DNA of 32,000 nucleotides from Achromobacter deleyi (GTDB lineage Bacteria; Pseudomonadota; Gammaproteobacteria; Burkholderiales; Burkholderiaceae_B). A program made the translations under genes and the position numbers. The stretch covers positions 16,519 through 48,518 of the forward strand of contig JBEBWV010000032.1 in assembly GCA_040391965.1 (NCBI GenBank), read 5' to 3'. This document shows, one piece after another, positions 15,967-23,727 of the stretch (position 1 is the stretch's first letter; each line of letters starts with the position of its first letter). The notes below the pieces were generated by a model that was given only the letters and a program-made list of their open reading frames with translations, was not told where the DNA came from and searched no databases.

Positions 15967-16251
15967 ATGAAACTAACCGCCCCCGCGGTCGGCTTACTGC
16001 TGGCCTTCGTCATCGCAACCATTGGCGTATTCATCGCGGGTCAAGCCGCAGGCGCCAGCGATACCCGCCTATTTGCCAAAGACGACGGGCGCCGTCTTGC
16101 GATGGTCGCGCGGGCTTGCGGCAAGACAGGCCAGCTGATGCAAGACCCCAGTACCGGTGCTTATTCCTGCATGTGGCGCAACGCCGATGGCGAAACCTTA
16201 GTCCAGGCAATACCTGATGCACCCTACCTTGAATATGTCGCCCAGAAGTGA
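15967..16251 (+). CDS. Small secreted/membrane protein (94 aa, N-terminal signal/TM)
   Basis: MKLTAPAVGLLLAFVIATIGVFIAGQAAGA.... AGGTGA RBS upstream. Confidence 0.55.
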   Translation: MKLTAPAVGLLLAFVIATIGVFIAGQAAGASDTRLFAKDDGRRLAMVARACGKTGQLMQDPSTGAYSCMWRNADGETLVQAIPDAPYLEYVAQK

Positions 16252-16287
16252 GCCCAAGGCTTGCGGAACACGCCAACGGAGTTGTGC

Positions 16288-16659
16288 ATGGCATCAGTAA
16301 ATAAAGTGATTCTCGTGGGCAACCTGGGCCGCGACCCGGAAGTCCGCTACAGCCCGGAAGGGTCAGCGATCTGCAATATGTCGATTGCCACCACGTCGAG
16401 TTGGAAGGACAAGGCCAGTGGCGAAAAGCGTGAAGAAACGGAATGGCATCGCGTGGTCATGTACAACCGGCTCGCGGAAATTGCTGGTGAGTATCTGAAG
16501 AAAGGCCGTCCGGTCTATATCGAGGGTCGCCTGAAAACCCGCAAGTGGCAGGACAAGGACACCGGCGCCGATCGATTCGCCACCGAAATCGTCGCAGATC
16601 AAATGCAAATGCTTGGTGATCGTGATGACTCTGGCGGGCAATCTCATCGAAGAGGATAA
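16288..16659 (+). CDS. ssb: Single-stranded DNA-binding protein (OB fold only, no acidic C-terminal tip)
   Basis: [42 protein letters not shown]...[42 protein letters not shown]. Confidence 0.9.
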   Translation: MASVNKVILVGNLGRDPEVRYSPEGSAICNMSIATTSSWKDKASGEKREETEWHRVVMYNRLAEIAGEYLKKGRPVYIEGRLKTRKWQDKDTGADRFATEIVADQMQMLGDRDDSGGQSHRRG

Positions 16660-16661
16660 CC

Positions 16662-17027
16662 ATGAGCGCTTTCTGCGTATTTGGGATGACCGAGCCTGCC
16701 GCGCGCAAGATCGCGACGACAGCGAGTGAAACGATGTACTGCAACCTGCCCCCCCCCAGGCGTGAAGCGTTCACCAAAGAGGATATGGCAGCCTGGATCG
16801 CCAAGCGAACCGAGGAAGTGCTTGAGGGTAGTCGGCGCATGCAGATTTCTCCCGCGTTCGATGCGCCTCAGTTTGCCAACGAGTGGATTGACCTGGCGAA
16901 GCGCACAGCACGCGCTAAGCGCTGCAGCATTATGGTTCGTGGCGTCAAGGTTGATGTCCACGGAAACCCAGTAATCAGCAAGACGAAAAAGACGCCCCTC
17001 ATTACCTGGGTGCCTTACCTAGTCTGA
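16662..17027 (+). CDS. Hypothetical protein (121 aa)
   Basis: Tightly packed between ssb and rdgC. No recognisable motif. Confidence 0.6.
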   Translation: MSAFCVFGMTEPAARKIATTASETMYCNLPPPRREAFTKEDMAAWIAKRTEEVLEGSRRMQISPAFDAPQFANEWIDLAKRTARAKRCSIMVRGVKVDVHGNPVISKTKKTPLITWVPYLV

Positions 17028-17050
17028 CCCCATCCCCGCAAGGAATCCCC

Positions 17051-17950
17051 ATGTTCAAGAACATCAAGGCCTATCGGCTTACCGATAGCGCCCCTTTCCC
17101 CACGCCTGATTGGCTTGCAGTCGCCCTGGCACCGCATGCTTTCAAGTCCGGTGGCGCGCTTGAAATGCAGTCGATTGGCTGGGTAGCACCGCGTGAAAGC
17201 GGCGGCCTGGTGCACGCTGTTGGCGGCCAGATCTTGCTCACGCTGCGCATGGAGTCTCGCCTTTTGCCTGCGTCGGTGGTCAACCAAGCCGCCCGAGTCC
17301 GAGCCGCCGAAATCGAAGAGCAGCAAGGCTACAAGCCGGGCCGCAAGCAGATGAAGGAAATCAAGGAGCGCGCCACCGACGAGCTCATACCCAAGTCGCA
17401 TGTGGTGTACCGAGATACGCAGGTTTGGATTGACCCGATCAATCATTGGCTGGTGGTCAACGCAGCAAGCGATGCACGGGCCGACGAAGTGATTGGGCTG
17501 TTGGCCAAGTCGGTTGAACAGTTGCCGCTTGAGAATCTGTATGTGGCCCAGTCACCGGCTGCAGCAATGACGTCCTGGCTGGCTGAAGACGAAGCGCCCA
17601 GCAACTTCACCATCGACCAGGACACGGAATTGCGTGCCAGTGGCGAAAGCCGCGCCGCCATTCGCTACGTCAAACACTCCATTGATGTTGATGACGTGCG
17701 GCGGCATATCCAGTCAGGTAAGCAGTGCACACGACTTGCGCTGACCTGGGCAGACCGAATCTCTTTCGTGCTGACGGAAGGCCTAGACCTCAAGCGCGTC
17801 ACGCCGCTGGATGCGCTGAAGGAAGGCACCGACACCATGATGCAAAACGACGACGAGAAATTCGATTCGGACTTTGCCCTAATGACTGGCGAACTCAACA
17901 AGTTGCTCGTTGAGCTGGTCTATGCGCTAGGCGGTGAAAAGCGTCTCTGA
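17051..17950 (+). CDS. rdgC: Recombination-associated protein RdgC
   Basis: 299 aa. MFKNIKAYRL..., ...LALTWADRISFVLTEGLDLKRV..., ...FDSDFALMTGELNKLLVELVYALGGE are collinear with E. coli RdgC. Confidence 0.9.
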   Translation: MFKNIKAYRLTDSAPFPTPDWLAVALAPHAFKSGGALEMQSIGWVAPRESGGLVHAVGGQILLTLRMESRLLPASVVNQAARVRAAEIEEQQGYKPGRKQMKEIKERATDELIPKSHVVYRDTQVWIDPINHWLVVNAASDARADEVIGLLAKSVEQLPLENLYVAQSPAAAMTSWLAEDEAPSNFTIDQDTELRASGESRAAIRYVKHSIDVDDVRRHIQSGKQCTRLALTWADRISFVLTEGLDLKRVTPLDALKEGTDTMMQNDDEKFDSDFALMTGELNKLLVELVYALGGEKRL

Positions 17951-18024
17951 TGAAATTTGCATCACTAATAGCGCATTAACTCAGCCAATGCGCCATGAAT
18001 GTGACATTGAACTTCAGACGCAGA

Positions 18025-18258
18025 TCAGGGCTGAGCTGGAGGCACAGGTGTGGCCAGCTTATCTAACGTCATTTGCGTATTCCGCCTGACGAGCTCGCCT
18101 TCTCGTCGCGCAGCATCCTCGCTACGTGAGGAGGTCTCAGATTTTTCCGAACGATGTATCGATCCATCTGGCCGCATTATGTCGATGCGAAAACTCCAGC
18201 CCCGCCCGGATTCCAGTTCATACACAACGAGTACCGCTTTCCGATTTCCGAAGTCCAC
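18025..18258 (-). CDS. Small hypothetical protein (77 aa), reverse-oriented cassette member
   Basis: The minus frame is protein-like. The overlapping plus ORF 18050-18742 is S/R/P-rich shadow sequence. Confidence 0.5.
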   Translation of the reverse strand: MDFGNRKAVLVVYELESGRGWSFRIDIMRPDGSIHRSEKSETSSRSEDAARREGELVRRNTQMTLDKLATPVPPAQP

Positions 18259-18316
18259 AGCAGTACCCCCTAAGTTGGAGCGGCAACATTACCCCACTTT
18301 CCCCGGCGTGTCAGTC

Positions 18317-18544
18317 CTACCGCACGCCACGCCCGTAGAACACGTAGCTCCTCAAAGCTGCCAACCCGGCCTCGGCCGCTACCTCTCTCGTCTTGTAGCG
18401 CTCCTCCCCTCGCTCCATCGCAACAACTGCAGACGTGCGCCGCTCCCTGGTCACGATCTCCCACGTGAACCCCGGCCCGCCAAATTCCTCTACCGCAAGG
18501 AAACTGGCGTAGTCCACGCCATCAGTGCCCAGGTGAATCTTCAT
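18317..18544 (-). CDS. Small hypothetical protein (75 aa), paralogue of 18862-19071
   Basis: Shares FGG.GFTWEIVT.ERRTSA.V...R.E.RY.TRE.A..AG.AAL with the 18862-19071 product. Confidence 0.6.
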   Translation of the reverse strand: MKIHLGTDGVDYASFLAVEEFGGPGFTWEIVTRERRTSAVVAMERGEERYKTREVAAEAGLAALRSYVFYGRGVR

Positions 18545-18777
18545 CGTCGGTGCCCCTTCGTTGTTCTTGCGTCAACCGTGTCTGTTTTACGTAGGGTCGC
18601 CGCAAGCTTCTCAGCATCAGCTTCGGCCTGTTCACGAGCCTCACGTGCGGGCTCGCAGCAATGCGGGACGGTAGAAAGCAGCTTTCCGCCTTCATGGATG
18701 ATCACAACGGCCTTACCACGCCAAGTCCCGTCGCACTCCTGATGCGTGGTCGCTTCAACATTAATGCTATAGGGCAT
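18541..18777 (-). CDS. Small hypothetical protein (78 aa)
   Basis: ATG at 18775-18777 follows GGGAGAG. ATGA overlap with the downstream gene. Confidence 0.5.
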   Translation of the reverse strand: MPYSINVEATTHQECDGTWRGKAVVIIHEGGKLLSTVPHCCEPAREAREQAEADAEKLAATLRKTDTVDARTTKGHRR

Positions 18778-18861
18778 TCGTTCTCTCCCAAGCAACTTTT
18801 GGCCGATATTACGACAGGCTGCTGGGCCCTGCCAATCCACTGTTTGGTTAAAGCAACACGG

Positions 18862-19071
18862 CTACTTGGCTGGCAGAACGAAGTCGTTCAACGCAGCTTC
18901 GCCCGCATCGCGCGCCTCCTCCCTCGTTTCGTACCGAACTTCAGATCGTTTAGTGCCAACCATGGCAGACGTGCGGCGCTCCCAAGTCACGATTTCCCAC
19001 GTGAATCCATGCCCACCAAACGGCTCAACAATAAACCCGCTCGTGTATTGCGCTCCATCCTGATGCTCCAT
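18862..19071 (-). CDS. Small hypothetical protein (69 aa), paralogue of 18317-18544
   Basis: See the paralogue motif given for 18317-18544. Confidence 0.6.
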   Translation of the reverse strand: MEHQDGAQYTSGFIVEPFGGHGFTWEIVTWERRTSAMVGTKRSEVRYETREEARDAGEAALNDFVLPAK

Positions 19072-19127
19072 TTGCCACGTCCCTTAGTTTTTATTGCGCC
19101 CATCGTATCCCAATCATTGGAGTCAGC

Positions 19128-19514
19128 ATGAACCTCAATCATCCCGCCCCTTGGGTGGCCCTGCCCGCAGACGGAGCCGACCTGGTCGACGGCGTCGGAA
19201 TGTGGTTTTTCAATGACGCCAATGGCGAGGAGGTGTTCTACGGCCACGCCATGAGCATTGAGGCGCGCAATCTGGTGCTGGCGGCAGTGAATGGCGTGCC
19301 CGACCCTGCCGACGTGCAGGCGGTGCAGGATGCGGCGCGGTATCGGTGGGCGCGTGCTAACTGGGGTCGAATCGTGGATACGTACGAGGGTGACACTGGA
19401 CACGTGCTGTCGGTCGATGTCTCGGATGGACACACGGAAGGCTGGCATACCGAACCTGTCAGCCTCGACACCGCTATCGATGCCGCCATGCAGTCAAACC
19501 AGGGCGGGAGGTGA
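19128..19514 (+). CDS. Hypothetical protein (128 aa)
   Basis: ORF with GGAG upstream of the ATG. Stop overlaps the RBS of the next gene. Confidence 0.6.
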   Translation: MNLNHPAPWVALPADGADLVDGVGMWFFNDANGEEVFYGHAMSIEARNLVLAAVNGVPDPADVQAVQDAARYRWARANWGRIVDTYEGDTGHVLSVDVSDGHTEGWHTEPVSLDTAIDAAMQSNQGGR

Positions 19515-19515
19515 G

Positions 19516-20142
19516 ATGGGTACCTACGCATCCCCTGTCGCGTTTAGCGTCCAAGGCAGCGAGCATGGCCATATCGTATTCGCCAAGAGCCACGTTGAAG
19601 CCCGCAGGGTTGGCGCTGCCGAGGTTGGAGAGGATTTTGAAACCGTCGAATCGGTCAATCGTGTTCCCGCTTTGGACTGCTACGCCGCTACCGGAAAAGT
19701 ACCACCCCGAGTCCTGATCGAGGATCACGGCTGGTGGTACGAGTGCATTCAGTGCTTGCATCAAATCCAAGCTGATGACTTGTACGACTACGACGAGGAT
19801 CGAACACTTCAACCTGAATATGAAGGAAATCGGGTGTTCTGCTGCGGCAACTGCCGCAACGCATTTCACGATGAGCGGCACCGCGAGGCACAGCTCCAGC
19901 TCCAACGCGCCAGCGCTGCCCTAGCCCGATTTCCTGGCATCGAGATCCTGCATGCCAACGGGCACGACAGGGACGCGGCAGTTCAGTTCAAGTTCCCCGG
20001 AGGGCAATACGGCGCAACGTGGCGTGTCGGCGAACCGGATGTCTGGGTTGCCAAGTCCGACCAGGATGCGTTCCACGCGTTTCAGGATCGCCTCATCGCT
20101 GAGCGCGCCGCCATGCAGGCAGATGCCGGGAAGGGGGAGTGA
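19516..20142 (+). CDS. Hypothetical Cys-rich protein (208 aa; CxxC...CCGNC)
   Basis: ATG at 19516 follows GGGAGGTGAG. The ORF-track start at 19291 overlaps the previous gene. Confidence 0.6.
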   Translation: MGTYASPVAFSVQGSEHGHIVFAKSHVEARRVGAAEVGEDFETVESVNRVPALDCYAATGKVPPRVLIEDHGWWYECIQCLHQIQADDLYDYDEDRTLQPEYEGNRVFCCGNCRNAFHDERHREAQLQLQRASAALARFPGIEILHANGHDRDAAVQFKFPGGQYGATWRVGEPDVWVAKSDQDAFHAFQDRLIAERAAMQADAGKGE

Positions 20143-20513
20143 TGGACTTCTACGTTATCAGCGTGCACCACACGCATCGCCCGGATAAGTACATCACCCT
20201 CTGGGCGCCTGACAATAAAGGCTATGTCTTGCGGACGAACACGGCCGGCAAATACTCAGATGAGTGCGTGCGCGCCAGCCTTGGCTACTACAACAGCGGG
20301 TGCTCGAACATCGCAGTGCCGTGCACGGTACTCGACGCGCTGACCGCCACCGCCGATCCAAGAGACTTCTGCGGCGCAACGCCAGTAGCTCAGCCTTTCC
20401 TCGTGGTTCTGAACACTCGAGCCAATTGGAAAGCCCTGATCGCGCACGTTATAGAACCGCCAGCACATGCCGTGCGGCCCGAGTTCCCAGGCGCGCGGCG
20501 CCGAAAGGAATGA
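20139..20513 (+). CDS. Hypothetical protein (124 aa)
   Basis: ATGA overlap with the previous gene. Confidence 0.6.
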   Translation: MMDFYVISVHHTHRPDKYITLWAPDNKGYVLRTNTAGKYSDECVRASLGYYNSGCSNIAVPCTVLDALTATADPRDFCGATPVAQPFLVVLNTRANWKALIAHVIEPPAHAVRPEFPGARRRKE

Positions 20514-20515
20514 AC

Positions 20516-20686
20516 ATGACCAACTTCATTTGGCGGCTACGCGCCGCGCTTGCTTACCGCCGTCTGGCTGGACTCGGTTTCGCTGACGCGTGGAGTATGT
20601 CCGAAGCCCTTCTTGAGACTTTCGATGGCTGGGACTACACGCCCGCAGAAGCCGTCAGCGAAGACCTTACCTATTGGGGCGACTGA
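20516..20686 (+). CDS. Hypothetical small protein (56 aa)
   Basis: MTNFIWRLRAALAYRRLAGLGFADAWSMSEAL.... AAGGA RBS. Alternative ATG at 20510. Confidence 0.45.
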   Translation: MTNFIWRLRAALAYRRLAGLGFADAWSMSEALLETFDGWDYTPAEAVSEDLTYWGD

Positions 20687-20687
20687 C

Positions 20688-20852
20688 ATGAGCGACCAAT
20701 TGGCCCTGTTCAGCGACGCGCCAGTCCAACCCAAATCCGCCGAGCAAACTGTCTATGAGGCTTTTCCGTTCCCCGGCCTGCCTTGGGAGCGACATCAGGA
20801 AATCAGGAAATCTTGGGCTGCCCATGGCGCCCAGAAAAGGAAAGCAGCATGA
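20688..20852 (+). CDS. Hypothetical small protein (54 aa)
   Basis: MSDQLALFSDAPVQPKSAEQ.... Close-packed with its neighbours. Confidence 0.4.
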   Translation: MSDQLALFSDAPVQPKSAEQTVYEAFPFPGLPWERHQEIRKSWAAHGAQKRKAA

Positions 20853-21268
20853 CCACCCAAACCCCCACCCCTTGGAAGCGTCACACGAACGTGAACCGTG
20901 GTTCGCCCGAAACAGGATTTACTCCGGTGATACCCGCCAAAACCAAGCTTGCATGTCGGAGAGCCGATTCCCGGGTGAAGAAAATCACCATACGTGGCAC
21001 GGGCCAAATTCCGGCCGCTCCATTTCCACCTATTTGCCGCACCCACACTTCAAGGCGATACGGTGCGCCGAGTAATGGAACAACTCTGCAGTGCACCCGA
21101 AAGTCGCCCATATCCCGCCAGAGTCCATCGCTCATCACATCCCTAAGTTACCTCGGCGAATGCCTTAACTCACTATGGGCGCGATGTGATCAGGGAATCA
21201 TCACTATTACGGAAAATTGCATGCCCCCGATTGAATGTGTCACAAAACATCAAGAGGCACAATTTTGA
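20849..21268 (+). CDS. Uncertain ORF (139 aa); competes with minus-strand ORF 20881-21138
   Basis: Good RBS (AAGGAAAGCAGC-ATG), but the product is R/T/S/P/C-rich and not protein-like after the first 9 residues. The minus-strand ORF also has an RBS (AGGGA). Confidence 0.3.
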   Translation: MTTQTPTPWKRHTNVNRGSPETGFTPVIPAKTKLACRRADSRVKKITIRGTGQIPAAPFPPICRTHTSRRYGAPSNGTTLQCTRKSPISRQSPSLITSLSYLGECLNSLWARCDQGIITITENCMPPIECVTKHQEAQF

Positions 21269-21993
21269 ATACCCAAACCCCCACCCCTTCGGCGCAGCAT
21301 CACAACCCGTTGAGCGACGAATATGTAAACGCACTTATCCAGCAGCATGGCTACCAAAGCCCAGAAGTGGTCATTGCCCGGCTGTATCAATGGATTGGCC
21401 AGTGCGGCGGTGAAAACTCCGAGACGCTTCTCATGTACGAAGCGCATGAGGAACTGCGAAAGCTCCACGCCGTCCTGGCTGATAGGCAGAAGCGTGGCGG
21501 GGACGAGATAGGCCCTCATGACCTCAGTACCAGTGGCGGGGGCCGAGGCTACCTGTCGGAGTATTTCCAGAAACGACTGCGGCGGCACGATTTCACGAGC
21601 TACATCAACGGCAAACTTGCCGCCGATTTCGCCTGCGTGCTTTCGCGTTGGCTAATTGATTCTGAGCCTCAGAAGCGCGGCGGGGATGGGGATGGCTGGA
21701 AGGACCACAACGAACGCGAACTTGTCGATACGCTTCGGTATATCGCCATCAACTATCACGGCGCCCAACAACTGCGCGAGCGCATTGCACATGTGATCCG
21801 CCCTCTGACCGACAAGTTGCGCGCCTCCCTGGCCGCGTCAAAGCCGATGAATGAAGGCCTACAAGCCGTTGCATTCGTTCAGCATGATCCAAGCGGAGCT
21901 CGGCGCGCAGTCCTTTGTCGCGAAGGAATGGAGTTGCCTGACGACACAACCCTCTACGCGACCCTCTCGAAACAGCAAGATAAGCAGCAATGA
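21235..21993 (+). CDS. Hypothetical protein (about 242-252 aa)
   Basis: The likely start is TTG at 21265, preceded by AAGAGG. The ORF-track ATG at 21235 has no RBS. Confidence 0.6.
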   Translation: MCHKTSRGTILNTQTPTPSAQHHNPLSDEYVNALIQQHGYQSPEVVIARLYQWIGQCGGENSETLLMYEAHEELRKLHAVLADRQKRGGDEIGPHDLSTSGGGRGYLSEYFQKRLRRHDFTSYINGKLAADFACVLSRWLIDSEPQKRGGDGDGWKDHNERELVDTLRYIAINYHGAQQLRERIAHVIRPLTDKLRASLAASKPMNEGLQAVAFVQHDPSGARRAVLCREGMELPDDTTLYATLSKQQDKQQ

Positions 21994-22088
21994 CAGACAC
22001 AGACCGCACCGCCTGGGTTCAGGCGATGCTCAATACCACCCGCAAGCTTTGGATGCCCGCCTAGTGTGGGCATTGTTTTGGAGTCGCG

Positions 22089-22337
22089 ATGAGCGAAGGA
22101 ACATTTCTATCTGAGGACGAGGTTGGCCAGCTCACCGGCGTCAAAACCGGCCGGAAGGTCAACGGCGTAAGCGTGCGCCGCGAGCAGCTTCAGGCCAACT
22201 GGCTTCGCAGCACTGGCATTCCCTTCTACATTAACGCACGTGGCCGACCAATCATTGTGCGCGCGAACCTCACTGGCAGACCTTCGGGAAGTGAATTGAA
22301 AGCGCCGTGGCAACCGCGTGCCATTCGAGCAGCTTAG
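22089..22337 (+). CDS. DUF4224-like protein; putative excisionase / recombination directionality factor
   Basis: FLSEDEVGQLTGVKTGRK...QLQANWLRSTGIPFYINARGRPIIVR. Lies immediately upstream of the integrase. Confidence 0.6.
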   Translation: MSEGTFLSEDEVGQLTGVKTGRKVNGVSVRREQLQANWLRSTGIPFYINARGRPIIVRANLTGRPSGSELKAPWQPRAIRAA

Positions 22338-22342
22338 AGACC

Positions 22343-23422
22343 ATGGGACGGAAACCTTACAAGCACACCAATCTGCCGGCACGCATGCGCGCGCGCACTC
22401 GACACGGTGGCAAAACCTATTACTACTACGACACGGGAGTGCGCCCCCGCAAGGAAATCCCTCTCGGGCCCGATTTCGTCGAAGCGGTGAAGAAATGGGC
22501 AGAGCTTGAACGCGTCGATGCACCAAGCGGCGTTGCCGTTGCCACCTTCCGCTATGCGGCAGAACAATACCTTCGCGTAGTCATCCCTACCAAGGCGCCA
22601 AGAACGCAGGCAGACAACATAAAGGAGCTCGCTGTTCTATATGAGTACTTCGATGCGCCCCCAGCGCCTCTAGACGAAATACGCCCACAACACATCCGCC
22701 TTTATATGACCTGGCGCGCTGAAAAAGCGCGGGCCTGGTACGTCCAAAAAGGCCGCGAAGTGCCCGCGTCTGCCGGTCACGTCCGCGCGAATCGCGAGAT
22801 CGCGCTGTTCAGCCATATCTTCAATTTTTCACGGGAAAACGGCATTACCGACGCGCCAAACCCCTGCGCTGGCGTTCGCAAAAACCGGGAGACTGGCCGG
22901 CAGATTTACGTCGAGGATGATGCGTTTAAGCTCGTTTGGGATGCAGCTGATCAGCCCACCCGGGACGCCATGGACCTTGCCTATTTAACAGGCCAACGTC
23001 CTGCCGATACGCTGAAATTTGATGAACTCGACATTAGAGAGGAAATGCTCCACGTCGCCCAAGGCAAAACAGGGAAGAAGCTGCGCATCAGCATCACTGG
23101 CGACTTGGCGGTGGTGATAACTAGAATTCGAGCCCGAAAAGCGGGATATCAATCTGCATCAACCGCACTGGTCGTTAATGAGAGTGGTCAGCGTATGACG
23201 TATGAGGCATTGCGCCAGCGATTCCACGCGGCCCGAGAAAAAGCTGGTGTCGCAATGGAGGGCTTTCAATTCCGCGATCTACGCGCCAAAGCTGGGACAG
23301 ATAAGGCAGACTCGGCAGGTGACATACGACAAGCACAGCGCCAGCTCGGACATAAATCCGTCCAAATGACTGAGCATTATGTCCGCGAACGCAAGGGTGA
23401 CAAGGTCGATCCAACGCGGTAA
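22343..23422 (+). CDS. int: Tyrosine-type site-specific integrase
   Basis: MGRKPYKHTNLPARMRARTRHGGKTYYYYD.... C-terminal catalytic region ...FRDLRAKAGTD...LGHKSVQMTEHYVR. Confidence 0.9.
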   Translation: MGRKPYKHTNLPARMRARTRHGGKTYYYYDTGVRPRKEIPLGPDFVEAVKKWAELERVDAPSGVAVATFRYAAEQYLRVVIPTKAPRTQADNIKELAVLYEYFDAPPAPLDEIRPQHIRLYMTWRAEKARAWYVQKGREVPASAGHVRANREIALFSHIFNFSRENGITDAPNPCAGVRKNRETGRQIYVEDDAFKLVWDAADQPTRDAMDLAYLTGQRPADTLKFDELDIREEMLHVAQGKTGKKLRISITGDLAVVITRIRARKAGYQSASTALVVNESGQRMTYEALRQRFHAAREKAGVAMEGFQFRDLRAKAGTDKADSAGDIRQAQRQLGHKSVQMTEHYVRERKGDKVDPTR

Positions 23423-23538
23423 TTTCTGCTCCGCAATCGCATAGCGGGCTAACGCCCATGCGGCTCTTAAGCGCGCATTTATTGAACAATTGCGGAGCGG
23501 GAACTGGCATCAGTACTTTGATTTTCCTGGCGTTTCCC

Positions 23539-23588
23539 GTGGAATCATAATCCGCAGGTCCCCTGTTCGAATCAGGGATGCGCCACCA
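23539..23588 (+). other. 3' fragment of a tRNA-Met(CAT)-type gene (anticodon arm to CCA) = prophage att core
   Basis: Anticodon arm GTGGA-ATCATAA-TCCGC, variable loop AGGTC, T arm CCCTG-TTCGAAT-CAGGG, acceptor 3' strand ATGCGCC, then A-CCA. No matching 5' acceptor strand or D arm upstream. Confidence 0.6.
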
Positions 23589-23615
23589 AAGAATTCTCCT
23601 GTAAATCAGGGCCTT

Positions 23616-23648
23616 AACGCCACCCTCTGAGGTGGCGTTTTTGTTTTC
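23616..23648 (+). terminator. Rho-independent terminator (native tRNA terminator)
   Basis: AACGCCACC-CTCTGA-GGTGGCGTT followed by TTTGTTTT. Confidence 0.7.
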
Positions 23649-23727
23649 TATGGCAAATCTGTCAACGAAGTGTCAACGCAGCTTAAGGGGCCGTTACCGC
23701 GCACTTAAGTGGATAGCAGAGCGTAGA

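Larger units (their letters stand above)
1..23588. mobile_element. Lambdoid / HK97-type temperate prophage, right portion; left end lies outside the window
   Basis: Contiguous head-packaging module, CI/Cro immunity region, O/DnaC replication genes and Xis-like + integrase, ending at a tRNA 3' fragment. Confidence 0.85.

Noticed and set aside
15621-16034. Minus-strand 137-aa ORF, plus the 15253-15525 minus-strand ORF
   Set aside because: The products are not protein-like (S/R/P/G-rich). They are opposite to the operon direction, and the first overlaps the start of the better-supported 15967-16251 gene.
18050-18742. Plus-strand 230-aa ORF across the small-gene cassette
   Set aside because: The S/R/P-rich composition is typical of an antisense frame in GC-rich DNA. 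The minus-strand ORFs have RBSs, ATGA coupling and paralogous motifs.
21990-22064. ATGA-coupled 24-codon ORF (MTDTDRTAWVQAMLNTTRKLWMPA) after the 21235-21993 gene
   Set aside because: It is plausible by coupling, but too short to support from sequence alone and has no recognisable RBS.
23471-23588. Possibility of a complete tRNA gene after int
   Set aside because: Only the anticodon arm, variable loop, T arm and 3' acceptor strand can be folded. The nearest sequence that could pair with the acceptor (GCGCGCAT at about 23471) is too far upstream, and no D arm exists. Treated as an att-core fragment.
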